From Podarcis liolepis (Eukaryota), in NCBI GenBank assembly GCA_965112155.1, contig OZ218111.1: a stretch of 64,000 nt of DNA, one strand, 5' to 3'. Within the stretch, counting starts at the first letter, position 1. Each line of letters opens with the position of its first letter. This document shows, in pieces, positions 23,960 through 37,958 of this stretch. A program made the translations under genes and the position numbers. The notes under the pieces were generated by a model. That model worked only from the letters and a program-made list of their open reading frames with translations, had not been told where the DNA came from and did not search any database.

Positions 23960-25500
23960 AATGTAACATAGGGAAAGGCTCTCCCAAGAAGATGTTGCCA
24001 CAGTTGAACATCATGCTTCTACAGCTACCTCATTCTACAGGAACATTAGCCCTGCTGAAGTCAAGCAACTGCTCTCTCCACACTCCCAATGAGTGGGCAA
24101 TGAGAGATGTTCTTATACAGCACTTATATGCTTTATGAGCTCATAGGGTGCATTGCAGTAGTTCGGTCTCAACGTTGCCAATGAACAGATCACTGTGGCC
24201 TGGCTAATGCTCTGTCTAGGAACGGCCAGAGCTGGCACACAAGCCAAAGCTGATAAAATACACTTTTCGCCACTGTAGACACCTCAGCTTCTAGTGACAA
24301 AAACAGTTAAAATTGCAGACTACAAACTAGATCCCATCCAGAACAGGCCTGAAAGCCACCCAGCTACAGAGCCTGCATCTTGTTGGGATCTAATACAGTA
24401 TAATAAGCTTGTTGGATCTCATCCAGCCCACCATTGCTTCCAGGCACTGGCACAGCCACTTCTGATTCAGAGCTGGGAATAATCAGTGTACCTATACCTC
24501 AAATGAACTCTCCCAACAGCATCATAGACATGTCAAACCATACTGGGGACCAGATGGTAACTTTCAGAAGGATGCCGTGGTCAATGGTATCAGAAGCCAG
24601 TGAGAGCTCAAGGAGATTTAACAAAGATGCACCACCACCATATGCCTGCCTCTTTCACACTAAATGCCATTCATAAGGGCACCCAAGGCCGATTCTGTTC
24701 CAAAGCCAGGCCTAAAACCAAAGTGGATTTGGCCTAGATAATCTTTCTCCAAGAGTGCCTGGAGAGTTGCTACCACCCTCTTGAACACCTCACTCTTCAA
24801 GGGGTTATTTGTGACAAGCTGGTACTTTTCACTTATCATGGGATCCTAGGTGGGGTGGGGTTTCCCCCCAGGAACTGAGAGACTGTCACCTTTTTTAAGG
24901 TTGGCAAGCATCGCACTCTCATGCAAGGATGCATTTTCTATACCCAGGACTCACCCACCCTCTCCTCAGCCTGCTCAAATTAGCCAGGATGAGTCAGGGC
25001 CAAAGGAATACATGGCTGGTTGACTCATGGCCAGTTGACTTACTGCAAACACCTTGTCCACGTACTCAAGCCTCAAAAGCTGACCCTTGTCCCACAGACC
25101 TAGACCAGATGGTACACTGGACACTTCAACCAGACTGGTGACAACAACAACAGCGTCAATGTCATCACAAAGACCTAAGCAGTCGTCCTTGCCTTTTGCG
25201 CCACTCACACTCTGGCCATCGTCCAGCCCGTGTTATAGTCTGCAGCTCCCTAGAATACCAAGGAACAACGTGGGCTCCTCCAGACTGGAGAAGCCACTGG
25301 AGTGATTGTGTGAATAGCCCACCAAATCTCACTGATTTTCAGCGAGACTAAGACCTCAGCAGAATCAAGAGCTCTGTCCACCAAAAATCTCCCCGAGTCC
25401 AATCTCTAAGGGCATACCAGCTTAATGGGCCCTCCACCCCTGCAGAGGGAAACCTGACACCATGAGACCAAACCTCAGCAGGAAATGGTGTGACCATAAT
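23960..25500 (-). mobile_element. Old L2 LINE ORF2 fragment
   Basis: Minus strand LLELSLASDTIDH (~24580-24618; cf. LLDLSAAFDTIDH) and GFRPGFG; many stops and frameshifts; ends approximate. Confidence 0.65.
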
Positions 25501-25802
25501 AATGGTGTAAGCAAGATATGTTCAGAAGGAAAGGAAGGAGAGTAAAACTGAGGAACAGTGGCCAGCAGCTTAGGAGCAGATTTCAGGCCCAACACAAAGC
25601 TGGAAGCAAACTATGTTTGTGCAAATATTTGTTATGTAAACCAGGTTCCCCCAAGCTGGTGTCCTCCAGGTGTTTTGGTCTACAGCTCTAATCTGCTCCG
25701 GCAAGCATTGATGATGAGTATTGTAGTCCCACAAAATCTGCAGGGGTTGGGGAAGGCTAGGCTAGACGGGTGTCCCAAAAGAAGAAACTAGTTTGCACCA
25801 AC

Positions 25803-25921
25803 CTCATCCTTCCCAAGGTTCTTGAGATGCTCCAGGATCTGGGCTATCAAGGTTTCACACAGCTTGTTGGTTTCTGCCAGGAATTTGGTATCTCCACCAT
25901 ACAGGGTATCATTGGATTCAA
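25803..25921 (-). CDS. VPS35L: VPS35L exon ([40 protein letters not shown])
   Basis: GT-AG (donor GTTGGT), 119 nt, phase 1->0. Confidence 0.95.
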
Positions 25922-26042
25922 CTGAGAAAACAGGTTTAGGAATAAAAACAGGGATGTGGGTATTCAAGAATGCTTGACAGAAGACAAAAAAGTAAACATT
26001 TATTGGTCCCTGAGTTTTATTTTCTTCCTCTTCCCTCCGTTC

Positions 26043-26070
26043 GTGTGTGTGTGTGTGTGTGTGTGTGTGT
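26043..26070. repeat. (GT)n microsatellite
   Basis: Seen directly. Confidence 0.95.
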
Positions 26071-27515
26071 TTAAGATTGTAAACCTGCAGGCACGTACTG
26101 CCTCGTTTTAATTGATTGTATGTAAGGCACTCTGGGAGCCATTTGGGCTGAAGCAAGGGGCCTAAATGCTCTCTCTCTATATATAAAGTAAGAATACTTA
26201 CTTTTATTAAAATATTTATGGACCGCCCTCTCGCAAAACATCAGGGCAGTGCACAACAACATGAAAGCGTTACAAAGCAATACAAAAATATCTCAGAGCA
26301 ATTCTGTCTGCCATTCAGTTTTCCAAGTAACAATGGGTTCTATCCAATGCTAGTCCCACTCAGAGGAGACCTATTAATTCATTAATTTCAGTTGGTCATA
26401 GAATTGTAGAGTTGGGAGGGACCCCAAGCGTCATCTCATCCAACCCCCTGCAATGCAAGAACTCTCAGTAGGGCTTAGCTGGATACCACCCATTCCCAGA
26501 GGGCAGAGCCAGTGCATACACCTGAGCTTGAAATTACTCCATCTGTAGAGTAAGCTATGGGCAAAGTAGAGTCTGAGCATCTTGGCACATAGTGAACTAC
26601 AAAGTTGGATGTGCATTCAGAACATCCATGTAGGCATGACCTAGTGTACACTGATGGATCTGTTCTGTAACTTTTGGATGAAAATTCCTAATGACAAGTC
26701 TTAATTTGTTTTGACTGTTGGAAACCAAAAAAGTGGGGGGTGGATTTCATGCATACAAAATGCAAATACCCTCAGCAGATTGTACTAAAGTTCTAAGAAG
26801 ACTCATCTGAAAATTCTGTTTCTGCTGGGAAATACACTAATGAGCCAAGTTTGTCTAATTATTCGGACTGATTAAAGCCTCTAAAGTTTCCCTTCAGAAA
26901 TATGAAAAAGTTGCTGTTCTTACAGAGTGCTCTTTGATTTTCAAAACAAGAACGCTTTCTCTCACTTTAGGTTTTTTTTTAAATTAGAACATTGATCACC
27001 GTTGACTTTATGGTACATTCAATAATTTGTTTTCAAAGAACGTAACATCCCTAAGACCAATTTTTATTTCACTTACACAAATATTTAAAATTATGCCATA
27101 ACGGTGTCCAAGAATGTGAAGCTTCTCAAAACAGTTTTCTCTGAAATATGTATACCCTGTTCCCCATGACTAGTGCTCAAAGCAGCACACAAGATATAAA
27201 AATCAGAAAAACAAAAATCAATAAAATTACCCATTAGACAGGGACTAACAAAGCAAGCTAAACATTAACACATTATCAGGGAGAGAAAGCAAAACTTTCA
27301 GAAGCTACAGCTTAAAATCAACCATGTCAAAACACGATCTAAACAGAGCATAAAAGAGCAGTCCCATGACACTTAAAAAATTGCAATGTAAACACCAAGT
27401 GGGTGTGCCAGAGAAATGAAAAAAAAAACTGAAGAAATGGAAGTGATTCTGTGTCTCCCGGGGCTTTCTAGATATCACCTCCCCTGTGACAGCTTCCATC
27501 TATTTATTTAGAATA

Positions 27516-27756
27516 CAGTGGTACCTCGGGTTAAGAACTTAATTCGTCTGGAGGTCTGTTCTTAACCTGAAACTGTTCTTAACCTGAAGCACCACTTTAG
27601 CTAATGGGGCCTCCTGCTGCCGCCGCACCGCCGGAGCATGATTTCTGTTCTCACCCTGAAGCAAAGTTCTTAACCAGAGGTAATATTTCTGGGTTAGCGG
27701 AGTCCGTAACCTGAAGCATATGTAACCTGAAGCGTATGTAACCCGAGGTACCACTG
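27516..27756. mobile_element. Tc1/mariner-type MITE
   Basis: CAGTGGTACCTCGGGTTA TIRs, TA TSD. Confidence 0.88.
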
Positions 27757-29017
27757 TACTTACATTCTGCTTTATAAAATCTCAAGAGGTTTTCAAACCA
27801 GTTTATAAAAGATTATTATTGTTAAATAATAATAATAATTTATTATTTATACCCCACCCATCTGGCTGAGTTTCCCCAGCCCCACCTTTTTCCCTGACTC
27901 AAGGCAGCTTATAAATAAAATAAGAGCAGCTAAAAACATAGGAAAAAGCAACAATATTTAAAAAGAAGTAAACACACACATACAATCACAACAAAAACAG
28001 CTTTAAAAAACCAGAAGCATTTATATAACATAATCTCATAAAATACCACATCCACGCATATATGACATGGAACATTAAAAACAGCTCAGGGCCAGTGGGG
28101 AGAACCTGAGACTCAGGGGCCCAATGTGGCCCTCAAAGACCTATCTGGCCCCTGGTTCTCTCCCCACTCATGGGCCCTGCTTTGTATCCAGACTGTTTTT
28201 CCTGACTTTGCCTGACTTGAATGCATGCTTGAACTCTGATTGGATGGATGACACAGAGGGGTGTGTGCAAAAACTAGCCTATTGTATACTTTTCCCACTT
28301 CTGCCTCTGACCCCCCCACCACCACTAGTACGTGGCCCCAGAAGGGAACATGGCCCTTTAGTTGAAAAAGGTTTCACACCTATAACAGGAGGAGCCACAA
28401 CGCTGCCAACCCGGGTTAAGGTAATTCCGAATGCCACTTTCAGGTATTTGATTTTACAGAAATATTGGAATCTGCTACACAATCAAGACAGAAGTCTTCC
28501 AGCATTTGCAGATTACTCCAGTGGCCTTACCCACACTTCATCTAAGCTATCTGCAAGTAAGCTGTGTATTTTTAAAGAACTACTTCATCCACTGCCATGG
28601 CAAGAGAGAAAGCAGGGCAGAAGCCTTCTCTTTCTTTTTCTCTCTCTCTTAGGGAAATGTCATGAAATTAAATGAGCTTGAGCATGCCTGCACTAGTAAG
28701 ATATTATTATTAAAGTTAGGAATACATGAAGTTCTTTGAACCAAGCGCTCAAGAGTTACTGATGCAAAGCAGCGCTTAATCCCAGGTTTTGCACAAATAA
28801 GGTTTGCAACGTGTGGATTAAGTATTTAGGCTCTTTGTGCAGGATCATAATCCAATTGCACACTCAATACTTGCTTAGTAACCGAAAAGGATTTATCAAG
28901 CTGTGCTAAAAGAGAAAAACAAGCAACAAACTGAGGCTGAAAACATGACCCAGAGAGGATCTTCTTTCTATTTTCATGTCACCTTTCTTCCAAAGAGCTC
29001 AGAATATTTTATATCAT

Positions 29018-29147
29018 CAGCCTCTGCCAATTTGGTGCCCTCCTGTTTTGGACTACAACTCCCATCAGCCCCAGACAGCACAGCATCATGCTCAGGCTGA
29101 TGGGAGTTGTAGTCCAAAACAGGAGGGCACCAGATTGGCAGAGGCTG
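29018..29147. mobile_element. Palindromic hAT-type MITE
   Basis: ~50-bp near-perfect inverted arms; TSD not recognisable. Confidence 0.75.
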
Positions 29148-31593
29148 ATTTTGTGCTTATATGTGGACCCCAAGAACCGAACCCCCGCATAAGACGCAAG
29201 TTACCCTTAGAAACTTCAAACGTGATACTATCCGATCCGAAATAAAATTGTAAGCTAAATTTTCTTGGTGTTGAGATCAGTTTTAATAAGGGATGTTGCA
29301 CTGCCAGTGTCTGTGGAACTCCCTGCCTACTGACATTAAGCAGGTGCCCTCACTGTACTGTTTCGGCTGCCCACTGAAAGCCTTTTCGTTTCAGCAAGTC
29401 TACCCAGATATAGAAACTGAGTTACCTAGATCCATTTTAAAAGTTTTATTAATTTTATCTTTGTCTCTAATGATAGTGGCTCTACGTATATTTGTTTTTA
29501 ATTAGACAGTGGGTTTTAGCTCCAATTTTTTTGTATACGGCTTGGAGAGCTTCTTGGATCAAGCAGTTTATTAAATCCTCTAAATAAATACATGCCTCTT
29601 TCGGCCTTTCACTCTCCTACCTATTTCCAAGCTTTTACTACCCCTTCCCTCACACTGGATACTAATTGCCTGACAGGTCACTGTGCTTAATTATAGAAGG
29701 CTGTTGATCCCTTGACCTGCACTGTGACTTCAGCATTGAACTGTGCCTTTCCCCTGCAGACACACAGTTGAAAGATACAAAAAAGAAACGGAAAGCTTTC
29801 ACTTTTTACTCTTTGGAAATAATGATTCCTCTCTTCTCTCTTTGCCCCTTACTGTCTTCTCCAGAATAATTATTATTATAATTATCATCATTACTCTTAG
29901 ACTTCTTAGTCCCTTGCAACCTGAAGGTCTCCAAACAACTTAAAACACATTTTTAAATACAAATCTATTGTACCATAACAAAACAAAACAACCCCATAAC
30001 AGAATCCTGACTCTTCTCTTTTTGCAGCCCCACCAAACAAAAAGATGGAGCAGGGGGAGGTGGCAGTATAAGATGGATGCAGAGAGGACTTGAAGTCCTG
30101 AAACAAGCAACCTCATTTATACAACTCGGGGCAGAGGCAGGATCCAACAGAAGGTGTCTATGGCGTCTCTTTATCTCCAGGCCACCTTTCTGTTAACTGC
30201 CCAAGTTTAAAGGCAATCTATCCACCACTAGCAAGGCAGGGCAGGGCCAGAGCCCTGGCCTCACCTGTGCCTTCATTTACCCCTTTGCCCTCCATTTATC
30301 AGTCTGGCGTCAGCCCAAGGCACTTCTGCTTGTACAGCACTGTAAATCAGGCCCTTTCTGCTCTGCCTCCTCCCCTCCAACGCCATTCCATACCCTGATC
30401 AGGTCTCATCTTGACTACGGCTGCATGCCAGTCACGTAACTTTTATGCTGAAATAGCTCACCTCTTCCATCAGACCAAGCAACACTCCACTCCTCCATTG
30501 GCAATCCCATCATCTCTGCATCCAGACTAACTCCTCGTGTTTACCTTTTTAAAATTCTTCAGTCTTTCCCCCCTTATTCCCCTGATATATCAGCATCAGT
30601 GATCTTAACTGATCCACCTCTGGAACCTTCAACTGCCTTTACATCTTCTGCTGTCAAAGCAACTCCATTCAGTTGCCTTTGCTTGTCCATTACGTCTGTC
30701 AGCTCCTAACAGAACACCTTTGCTAGCACCAAATCTGTCTCCTTGAAGCTTTCCTTTTTTCCCTGAAGCCACTGTTTAAAGCCAGAATGCGGGACCTACG
30801 GCCCTCCAGAGGTTGTTGGACTGCAGTTCCAATCACCCGCTTCCTCCATGTATTTACACCTGCCATATTCATAAACAATTCCATCTTTGTGCATAGGGTT
30901 AGTGGTAGAGCACAGGGACATAGGAACCAGCATTGCACCGAGTCAGACCACTGGCTCATCTCACTCAGTATTGCAGACACTGACTGGCAGCAGCTCTCCA
31001 GGATTTCAGGAAGGGAGTCCTTCCCAGCCATACCTGGAGATGCCAGGGATTGCACCTGGGGCCCTGTGCATGCAAAGCAGATGCTATACCACTCAGCTAT
31101 TGTGGTATGAAGTAAGATCTCAGTCTGTGTGGTTCTAAGTTAACAGGAGACTGCCTTATGTGGAGCCAGACCATGCGAAGCCCAGCACTGTCTCCACTGA
31201 TTGGCAATGTCTCTCCAGGGTTTCAGATACCTAGCCTTAAATGCAAAAGATTCTGCATATGCTTTGCTCACAGAAGATCATCGCTTCAATCCCAGGCATC
31301 TCCTTTTAAGAGCATTGGAAGTAGCAGAGCCAAGAAAGCCTCTGGAGTAGCAATCAGGAGTAAACCCTTAATCATTGGCCAAGCTGGTTAGGGCTGATGG
31401 GAATTGTAGTCCAAAACTTCAGGGGCAGGGCACTAGAGTAGATAATACTGGGGGAGATGGACCAATGGGCTGACTCAGTCTAAGGCAGCTGCATTATTGT
31501 TCACACAAGCAAGTCAGCATTTGGTACTCTGGCTTGAGGAGAGCCTCCTAATGAAATTCTGGGGCTCCCAGCATCAAAGCCTCCCTCTCCTAC

Positions 31594-31759
31594 CTTTGTC
31601 TACATGGTAGATGTAAGTCTCCTGACTCATTGCTGAGAGAAGATGCACGACATTTGTATAAATCCGGACTTTATCATCACCGTTATCTTCCCAGGTATAG
31701 TCCTGGATGACGTTCAGCAGCCCTCGCACAAGAAACAACACGCCTTGCTCGGGGTGGTC
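31594..31759 (-). CDS. VPS35L: VPS35L exon ([34 protein letters not shown]...YHVDK)
   Basis: GT-AG, 166 nt, phase 0->1. Confidence 0.95.
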
Positions 31760-32886
31760 CTACAGGAAAAAACACACACACTTAAGTAAGACCCAGTATA
31801 ATCACACAGGTTGATTCCGCACTCCTGCCCCCCAAACAACACTTCAGCCCCCAGTAGCAACATAACATCCTGCTTCGAGAGATTTTGTGCTGGCTCAGCA
31901 ATGGTTAACCAAGCACTGTCGTAAGCAGGTGAAGGGAGACTGAAGAGCTCTTAAGAGAGGCTTAGAAGCGCTCACCTTAACCTAACCGATTTCAGGCAGT
32001 TTAGCAGCATGCTGGCATGTTATTGTTTTGTTTAACTTTGTTTTCGTGGAAGAGCATCAAGTCATGTGAGAGCCCCCACCTGCACTATGCAGACTGAGGT
32101 TTACCTCCTGTTTCTAAGGAACTCAAAAATAATGGAGAAAACACTGGGAAAGGCAGAAAGCCTTCATGAAATCCCGATTTGAGCCTTTGAAAAAACCCAA
32201 AGCACAAATGTTTTTAAAGAGCCACGTTCCTGAGAGCAGCAAGTGGGGAGGGGCGGCTGCACTCATGTCCTGCTTGCAGAGTTTCCAAGAGGCATTAGGT
32301 TGGCCATTTTGAGAATAGGATGCTGGAGATGGCCTGAACAGTTTTTAGCTGTTCATATGCTCTTAAAGGGTTTAAGGACCGTCAGATGAGCCCAGCTGGA
32401 TGAAACCAAAGGGCCTACCTAGCCCAGTATTCTGCTTCAACAAAATGCCTTAGGAAAACGCAAAAGCAACAGCCCTCTCCCATTGTTGCTCTCCAGCATA
32501 CTGCAATACTGGAAGATAATATACACCTACCTTGACTAGTAGCCATTGACTAGTCTTTCCACCCACCAGGTGACTGGGTAAAGGCCTTTTTAGTGGCAGC
32601 ATCCGAATTCACCAATAGTCTGCCTTAATGTCATTTTGGTGCCAGAAAGAACTTTTTAAAAAAGAAAAGAAAAGAAAACTAATTTGTCCCCCCCCCATTT
32701 GATTTTCCTAATGATTTTACACAGCCCTTATGTGTCTTGTTATTTTATTTTATTTTATTTTATTTTATAAACCCCCAATTGTTTTTGTCTTGCCTAGCTA
32801 CATAAGCTGCCCTGATAGTATAACAGCGGGTTAGAAGAAGAAGCATTTCCGCCCTAAAGATTGAGTGGCTCATGCTGGCTACTTAC

Positions 32887-33026
32887 AGGAATGATCAACA
32901 GAGTGGAAAAGAAATTGCAGAGGAATTCCAGGAGGAACGTTTCGGAGGACCGCATCTTCCCATCTATGTTGATCGTCTTTGGCACCTCGGGGACAAGGCT
33001 TATTGCCGCTTTGAAAAAGGCATCCG
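32887..33026 (-). CDS. VPS35L: VPS35L exon ([47 protein letters not shown])
   Basis: GT-AG, 140 nt, phase 1->0. Confidence 0.95.
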
Positions 33027-34226
33027 CTGCAAAGGAATCACAGCCACTGCTTTATGAGCCAGCAGAACATAGATTTATTGACAGGCCTGTGATTTTAAGT
33101 AGACCTGCACACAATCACATGGGCTCAAATCTCTGCTGCACTATCCAGCAACCTGCAATTATTCAACAAGCAGCACTTGCGACAGAATGTTTCAGGGATC
33201 CACGATCTCCTAAAAGGAGTGTTCAGGATTCCAACTCAGTTATACCCCCTACAAAATACTGGTTCTTAAAGACAGGTCAATTTGCGCATTTAGCTTTACA
33301 CAACAACAGTGGTATTACTTTTCCCATGGGCTACTAAGATAAGGAAGTCTATGGAATGCAACCACATCTGCCATTGCTCTGGTGTTACAAAACACACATG
33401 CTCAATGACTCTGTATATGACATTTTGTCACCAGAAAAGAAATAATCTGAATAGCATAAGTATCCAGTTCCACGAACAAGAATACTCTTGGCTTTCTAAA
33501 GTTACTTCAAATTACATGGGATGAATCTCCAGATCTTTTCTTAATTTAGCTTTCACTAGTTTGCCTGCTTAAGTCTATCCCAGCCTGGGTAAAAAACAAA
33601 ACCCCAACACTTTAAAAAAAACGGTAGCAAACTCCCCAGCCCCCACCAAAAAAATCAAACCCAGACACCGACATCAGAATAAATGCATCAAAAGGTCTGC
33701 ATCATACAAGTAATACAAGGTGATTAGTCTTTTGAAGGCTAAAACAAGCAGACTTGTGAGTATATTGTCATACCTCCTCAAGCGAGAGATCATAGCCTAG
33801 GATATATTTTTATTGAACACCACACATTGGAAAGGCATACAGAAAAACAAGAAAGCTGAAATTCGCCAACACTGTAAAGTGCAGTCAACCTACATCTTGT
33901 GAGCAAACAATCTTATTTATATTCCAAACATATTCAGAGACATTTAAATAATGATACTTCCTCAAGGAACACACACACAAACAGAGAGAGAGTCTCAAAA
34001 TATCACCAGCAATGCAAAAAATATTCAGTCAATTGTTATGCCTTTTAACATAGAAACATAGCTGTCCTTCGTGTCCTATTAAGTCACATAGAGAAAAGCC
34101 CAGACAACTATTCCCTGCTTTTGGGGAGAGCAGAGAAGAGCAAAAAGAAACTGCTTCAGCCAGGAACTCTCAGCTTTAATTCAAATAGATTGCTTTTTGA
34201 GTCTTCTCGGGGCTACAGAAAATGCA

Positions 34227-34389
34227 GGGTTGTATCCAACTTAGTGCTACTCAGAGGAGACCCACTGAAAGTAATATGCCTGAATTAGTCACGAGGTTGT
34301 ATCCAACGCTACCTCTAAAATAAAGGACTTGGCTAACGTAAGTTCATTGCTTTCAATGGGTCAGAGTAGACCTTAGTTGGATGCAGCCC
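34227..34389. mobile_element. Small palindromic MITE (GGGTTGTATCCAA termini)
   Basis: Inverted termini; relatives near 26335, 47125, 56730, 57030. Confidence 0.55.
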
Positions 34390-36169
34390 ACCAGAAAATG
34401 GCTTAGCTGGTGGTCCTTACTCCAGAAAAGATGGGTTTCTGTTTGTACTGATCCCAACGCAAACTGTAGGGAGGAAAAACCCAGCGGGGAAAGGAGCCAA
34501 TCCACTTAACACTCAGCAACATTACTTTATGGGCAGGGGGAAAAACCCCTCTCCCTCCCTCTCTCTCACAGCAATTTGCTTTCTGTGCAACTGTCCTTTC
34601 ATCATAAGAAAGCCCTGTCACCAACAAGAGAACCATGACACTTGTCTTACACAGCCAAGCCACCCAGGACTACTCGCAGTTGCACTCGTAGGTTTGGGTC
34701 AAGGCAATTTGCTTCGAGTCCCTAAGGAAAGTGGACTGGCGTTCACCTTCCCATGAAGCCGACCATTTAACCACCTGCCTGCGCTGCATGGCCAAATTCT
34801 CCTCCGTGCTCACAGGGCGACAGCGAGAATTCAACCCTAGGTCAGCTGAATTGTCACCTTAGCAAAAAGGCGGCAGCCAGAACAAAGCTTGAACACAGCC
34901 GCAATTACTTCTGCCTCCTGAGGGAATCAGTCAGAAACAGACTTGAAGAGCCATCGCTCTGAACTACCAACCATGACACAGAGAGGCATATCCTGAGGCA
35001 ACATGCTTGGCTAGGAAGGCATTTAATGTATATTTAAAGGCTGGTTTTCCCAGTACTCAAAATGGCGTACAGTATGTAAGATGTGGCTGGATTCCAACTC
35101 TCGTTCCTCCATTCATTTACTGCCTTTTTCTCCCGCCTTTTTCTCCCAGGAGTTCCAAGGTGGCAGACATGGTTCTCCAGCTCCTCGTTTAATCCCCACC
35201 TTGTGAGGTAGGTTGGAGACTGGTCCAAGGTCACTCGAAGTGAACTTCATGGCTGAGTGGGGATTTGAACCCCAGCCTCTCATGTCCTAGCCTGCCACTC
35301 TAACCACTGCACCACACTTCTTCCCCAATCAAAATCAGCACTCTGAATTGCTAGTTGGATTTGCTCACACATCTCACCAGGCAGCGCTACTTAGCACCCT
35401 TCTTAGGATATTGTCAGTATCTGCAGAACCACAAAGGAACTGGCTGCCTGTCTTTTATTTTTATTTTCTTGACAGACGACCGTCTTTACGACAACATGAA
35501 AACACACAAAGGAGAAGCTGGTGGAAAGCGAAGGGAGGGGATGACGGCGGCCGGGTAACTCTGCCTCCACAGCCCACCTTTTGAGGGAAAGCTACTAATT
35601 TAAACCCAGCGTCATTTACAGTCCGCTTAAAGCGGCTCCTTGCAAATATAGTTCCTTTACCTAACCTTGAAATATGGCGAGATAAATTTGAAATACGCAG
35701 CTCCTTATATAGGCTATCCATTAAGCCCCCCTTTCCTGAGGCAAGCTGGCACTGCGTTTGATGGGGGTGGGGAGGTGAGCGTTCGCGGCAATAAATTGCC
35801 GATGATGCCTTCCTAGGCCTCAATTAATAGCTTGTGCAGTGCACCGTATGCAAGCTACTTTACGCTCCGCTAAATTTCCCATTCCTCCCCGGCAAGCAGT
35901 GGATCTTCCTTCGTTCTGGCTGACCACTGGGCTATAAATCCTTCCGTGGAGGCCTGCGCTATTTCCGCGTGTGACCTTCAGACAAGAAAAATTAATGCCC
36001 TGTTCTAACGGGGCCCAACTGTGCCTGGCTGCAGGGGAAATCACACCTTGAATGTTTCCTTGCAAATGCAGGGTTTCCCAAAGGCCGCATGGTCTGCCTT
36101 TAGAAGGCTCCACATGGGCTCAAAGGATTGGGAGCATGCTCCCCACGCCTCTCTCCATTTTTCCTTTTC

Positions 36170-36390
36170 TCCTTTATTACATTTATATCCCACCTTTTTC
36201 TCCACGGAGCTCAAGGCGGCTTTCATGGTCCATTTAAGATCCATTTAATCCCTACAACCCTGTGAGGTAGGTTAGGCTGAGAGGCAGTGACTGGCCCACA
36301 AGATCACCCTGTGAGCTTAATGGTGAAGTGAGGATTCGAACTCTGTTCTCCCAGGTCCTACTCCAACACTCTAACCACTGCACCACACTT
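36170..36390 (-). mobile_element. MIR-like CORE SINE
   Basis: acaaccctgtgaggtagg..ggattcgaac..ctctaaccactgcaccacact; related copy ~35115-35320. Confidence 0.6.
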
Positions 36391-36567
36391 CCTCTTTTGC
36401 ATAAGACCCTTTTTAAAACCAGCTTCTGGGGCAATTATGGATGCTATAAGGTATCTGTAATCACACCGTGTTTCCTAAAAAAGTTCAGAGTGGTGTGCAC
36501 AGCTCCCCCCTCCCTCATTTTATCCTCAAAACAGCCCTATCAGGTAGATAGAGAGAAATGGGCTGGT

Positions 36568-36703
36568 CAGTGTTTCTCAAACTTGGGTCTCCAGACGTTG
36601 TTGGACTACAACTCCCACCACCCCTGACCACTGGTCTTGATAGCTAGGGATGATGGGAATTGTAGTCCAACAACAGCTAGAGACTCAGGTTTGAGAAACA
36701 TTG
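36568..36703. mobile_element. Palindromic hAT MITE
   Basis: TIR CAGTGTTTCTCAAAC / GTTTGAGAAACATTG. Confidence 0.8.
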
Positions 36704-37620
36704 GGCTAGGTGATACATAATTAGGAAATCATGGTTTCCCAATTTGTGGACAAGGCATAAATAGCCCTGGGCCCATGCACTCCCCCCTCCTTTTTCATAG
36801 CTTCAAGGAGGAAATCAGAAGTCTCAGCTTCTGCTTTTAAAATGAACCACAGTTTCTTGGTATGTCTGAACTGCAGCAACTATGGTTTGTTTTAACTTTA
36901 GAGAGAACAAGCCAAGATCAAACCACGGCTATCCACATCAGCGATGAAAGCCATTCAGTTCCAAATGGGTCAGAGACTAGATTGAAGGATCTAATCAAAT
37001 CTGGGGTGGGGGAGGTGGGGAAGAAGAGGCAGTTGCAGTTTCTGCTAATGCCGCTTTTTCTTGGAATTGGAAAATATGCAGTACTAAAGCAGCAAATATA
37101 ACAAGATGATGAAAAACATCAGGATTGAGGATTCTTCATCCTCATTTCCGGGTGGCCCAGAAAAGTAGGCCAGCAGAAACACAAATATTTCATCTTGCTG
37201 TGCTGTCAGATAAGGGTGGGGGCAGCTAGGAATATTAGATCAGCTATGGCTCTGTGCACTTTTGAACTCTGAATCCAGATTCGGTCAGCGCAGTTGAGCA
37301 AAACAAATCCCACCCCAATTTCCATTTTTATCTGTCCCTCGGTGAAATTAGTCATCCAAGTTAGTTGGATACCTCTGGCCATGTGGCATATTATGCTTCG
37401 AGCCAAGCAAAGTTTTAACAGCTCAGAAAAGCATTACGTTAGGACAAACCTACACTGTTTCACAATCATGTGCCTCAAGTGAATGTTATAAAGAGAAGTA
37501 GAATTAACAAATCTCTGTTCATTTTGCCCTGAGAGATTGCTAGCTTGGCCCAGCACATTACCCATGACAGGAAACATGTCTGGTGAGGATTCATCATTAC
37601 TCTGCAAAGTTACACTAAGT

Positions 37621-37958
37621 CAGGGGCTCCAAAACTGTGGTTCATGGACCACAGTGATCCGCAAGATCCATTCAGGTGACCTGAAGCATGTCCACATTAA
37701 ATATTCACATTGATTTTTAATTGCATTGCTGATGCTTCTTTTATTTCTTGTATTGTATTGTATTGTAACCTGAATTTTACAAAATGCAAATTATAATACA
37801 ATAAAATACAATATAGGAAATAAAAGCAATAAAATCACACAACATCTAGCACAGCGCTTTACAATTGCTATAGCAGACAGAAGGGGTCATTAAGGGGTCC
37901 ACCAAGAACCACCAGCAAATTCAAGTGGCTCGTGGGGGAAACAGTTTGGAAGCCACTG
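37621..37958. mobile_element. hAT non-autonomous element
   Basis: CAGGGGCTCCAAAACTG / CAGTTTGGAAGCCACTG; TSD CACTAAGT/CACCAAGA; relatives at 58651-59010 and ~15192-15370. Confidence 0.7.

Noticed and set aside
28124-28675. 183-aa ORF (also 11936-12454 and 19850-20302)
   Set aside because: Overlap repeat or low-complexity sequence; no homology or splice support.
32861-33337. 158-aa plus-strand ORF
   Set aside because: Antisense shadow of a VPS35L exon; non-ATG start; no recognisable domain.
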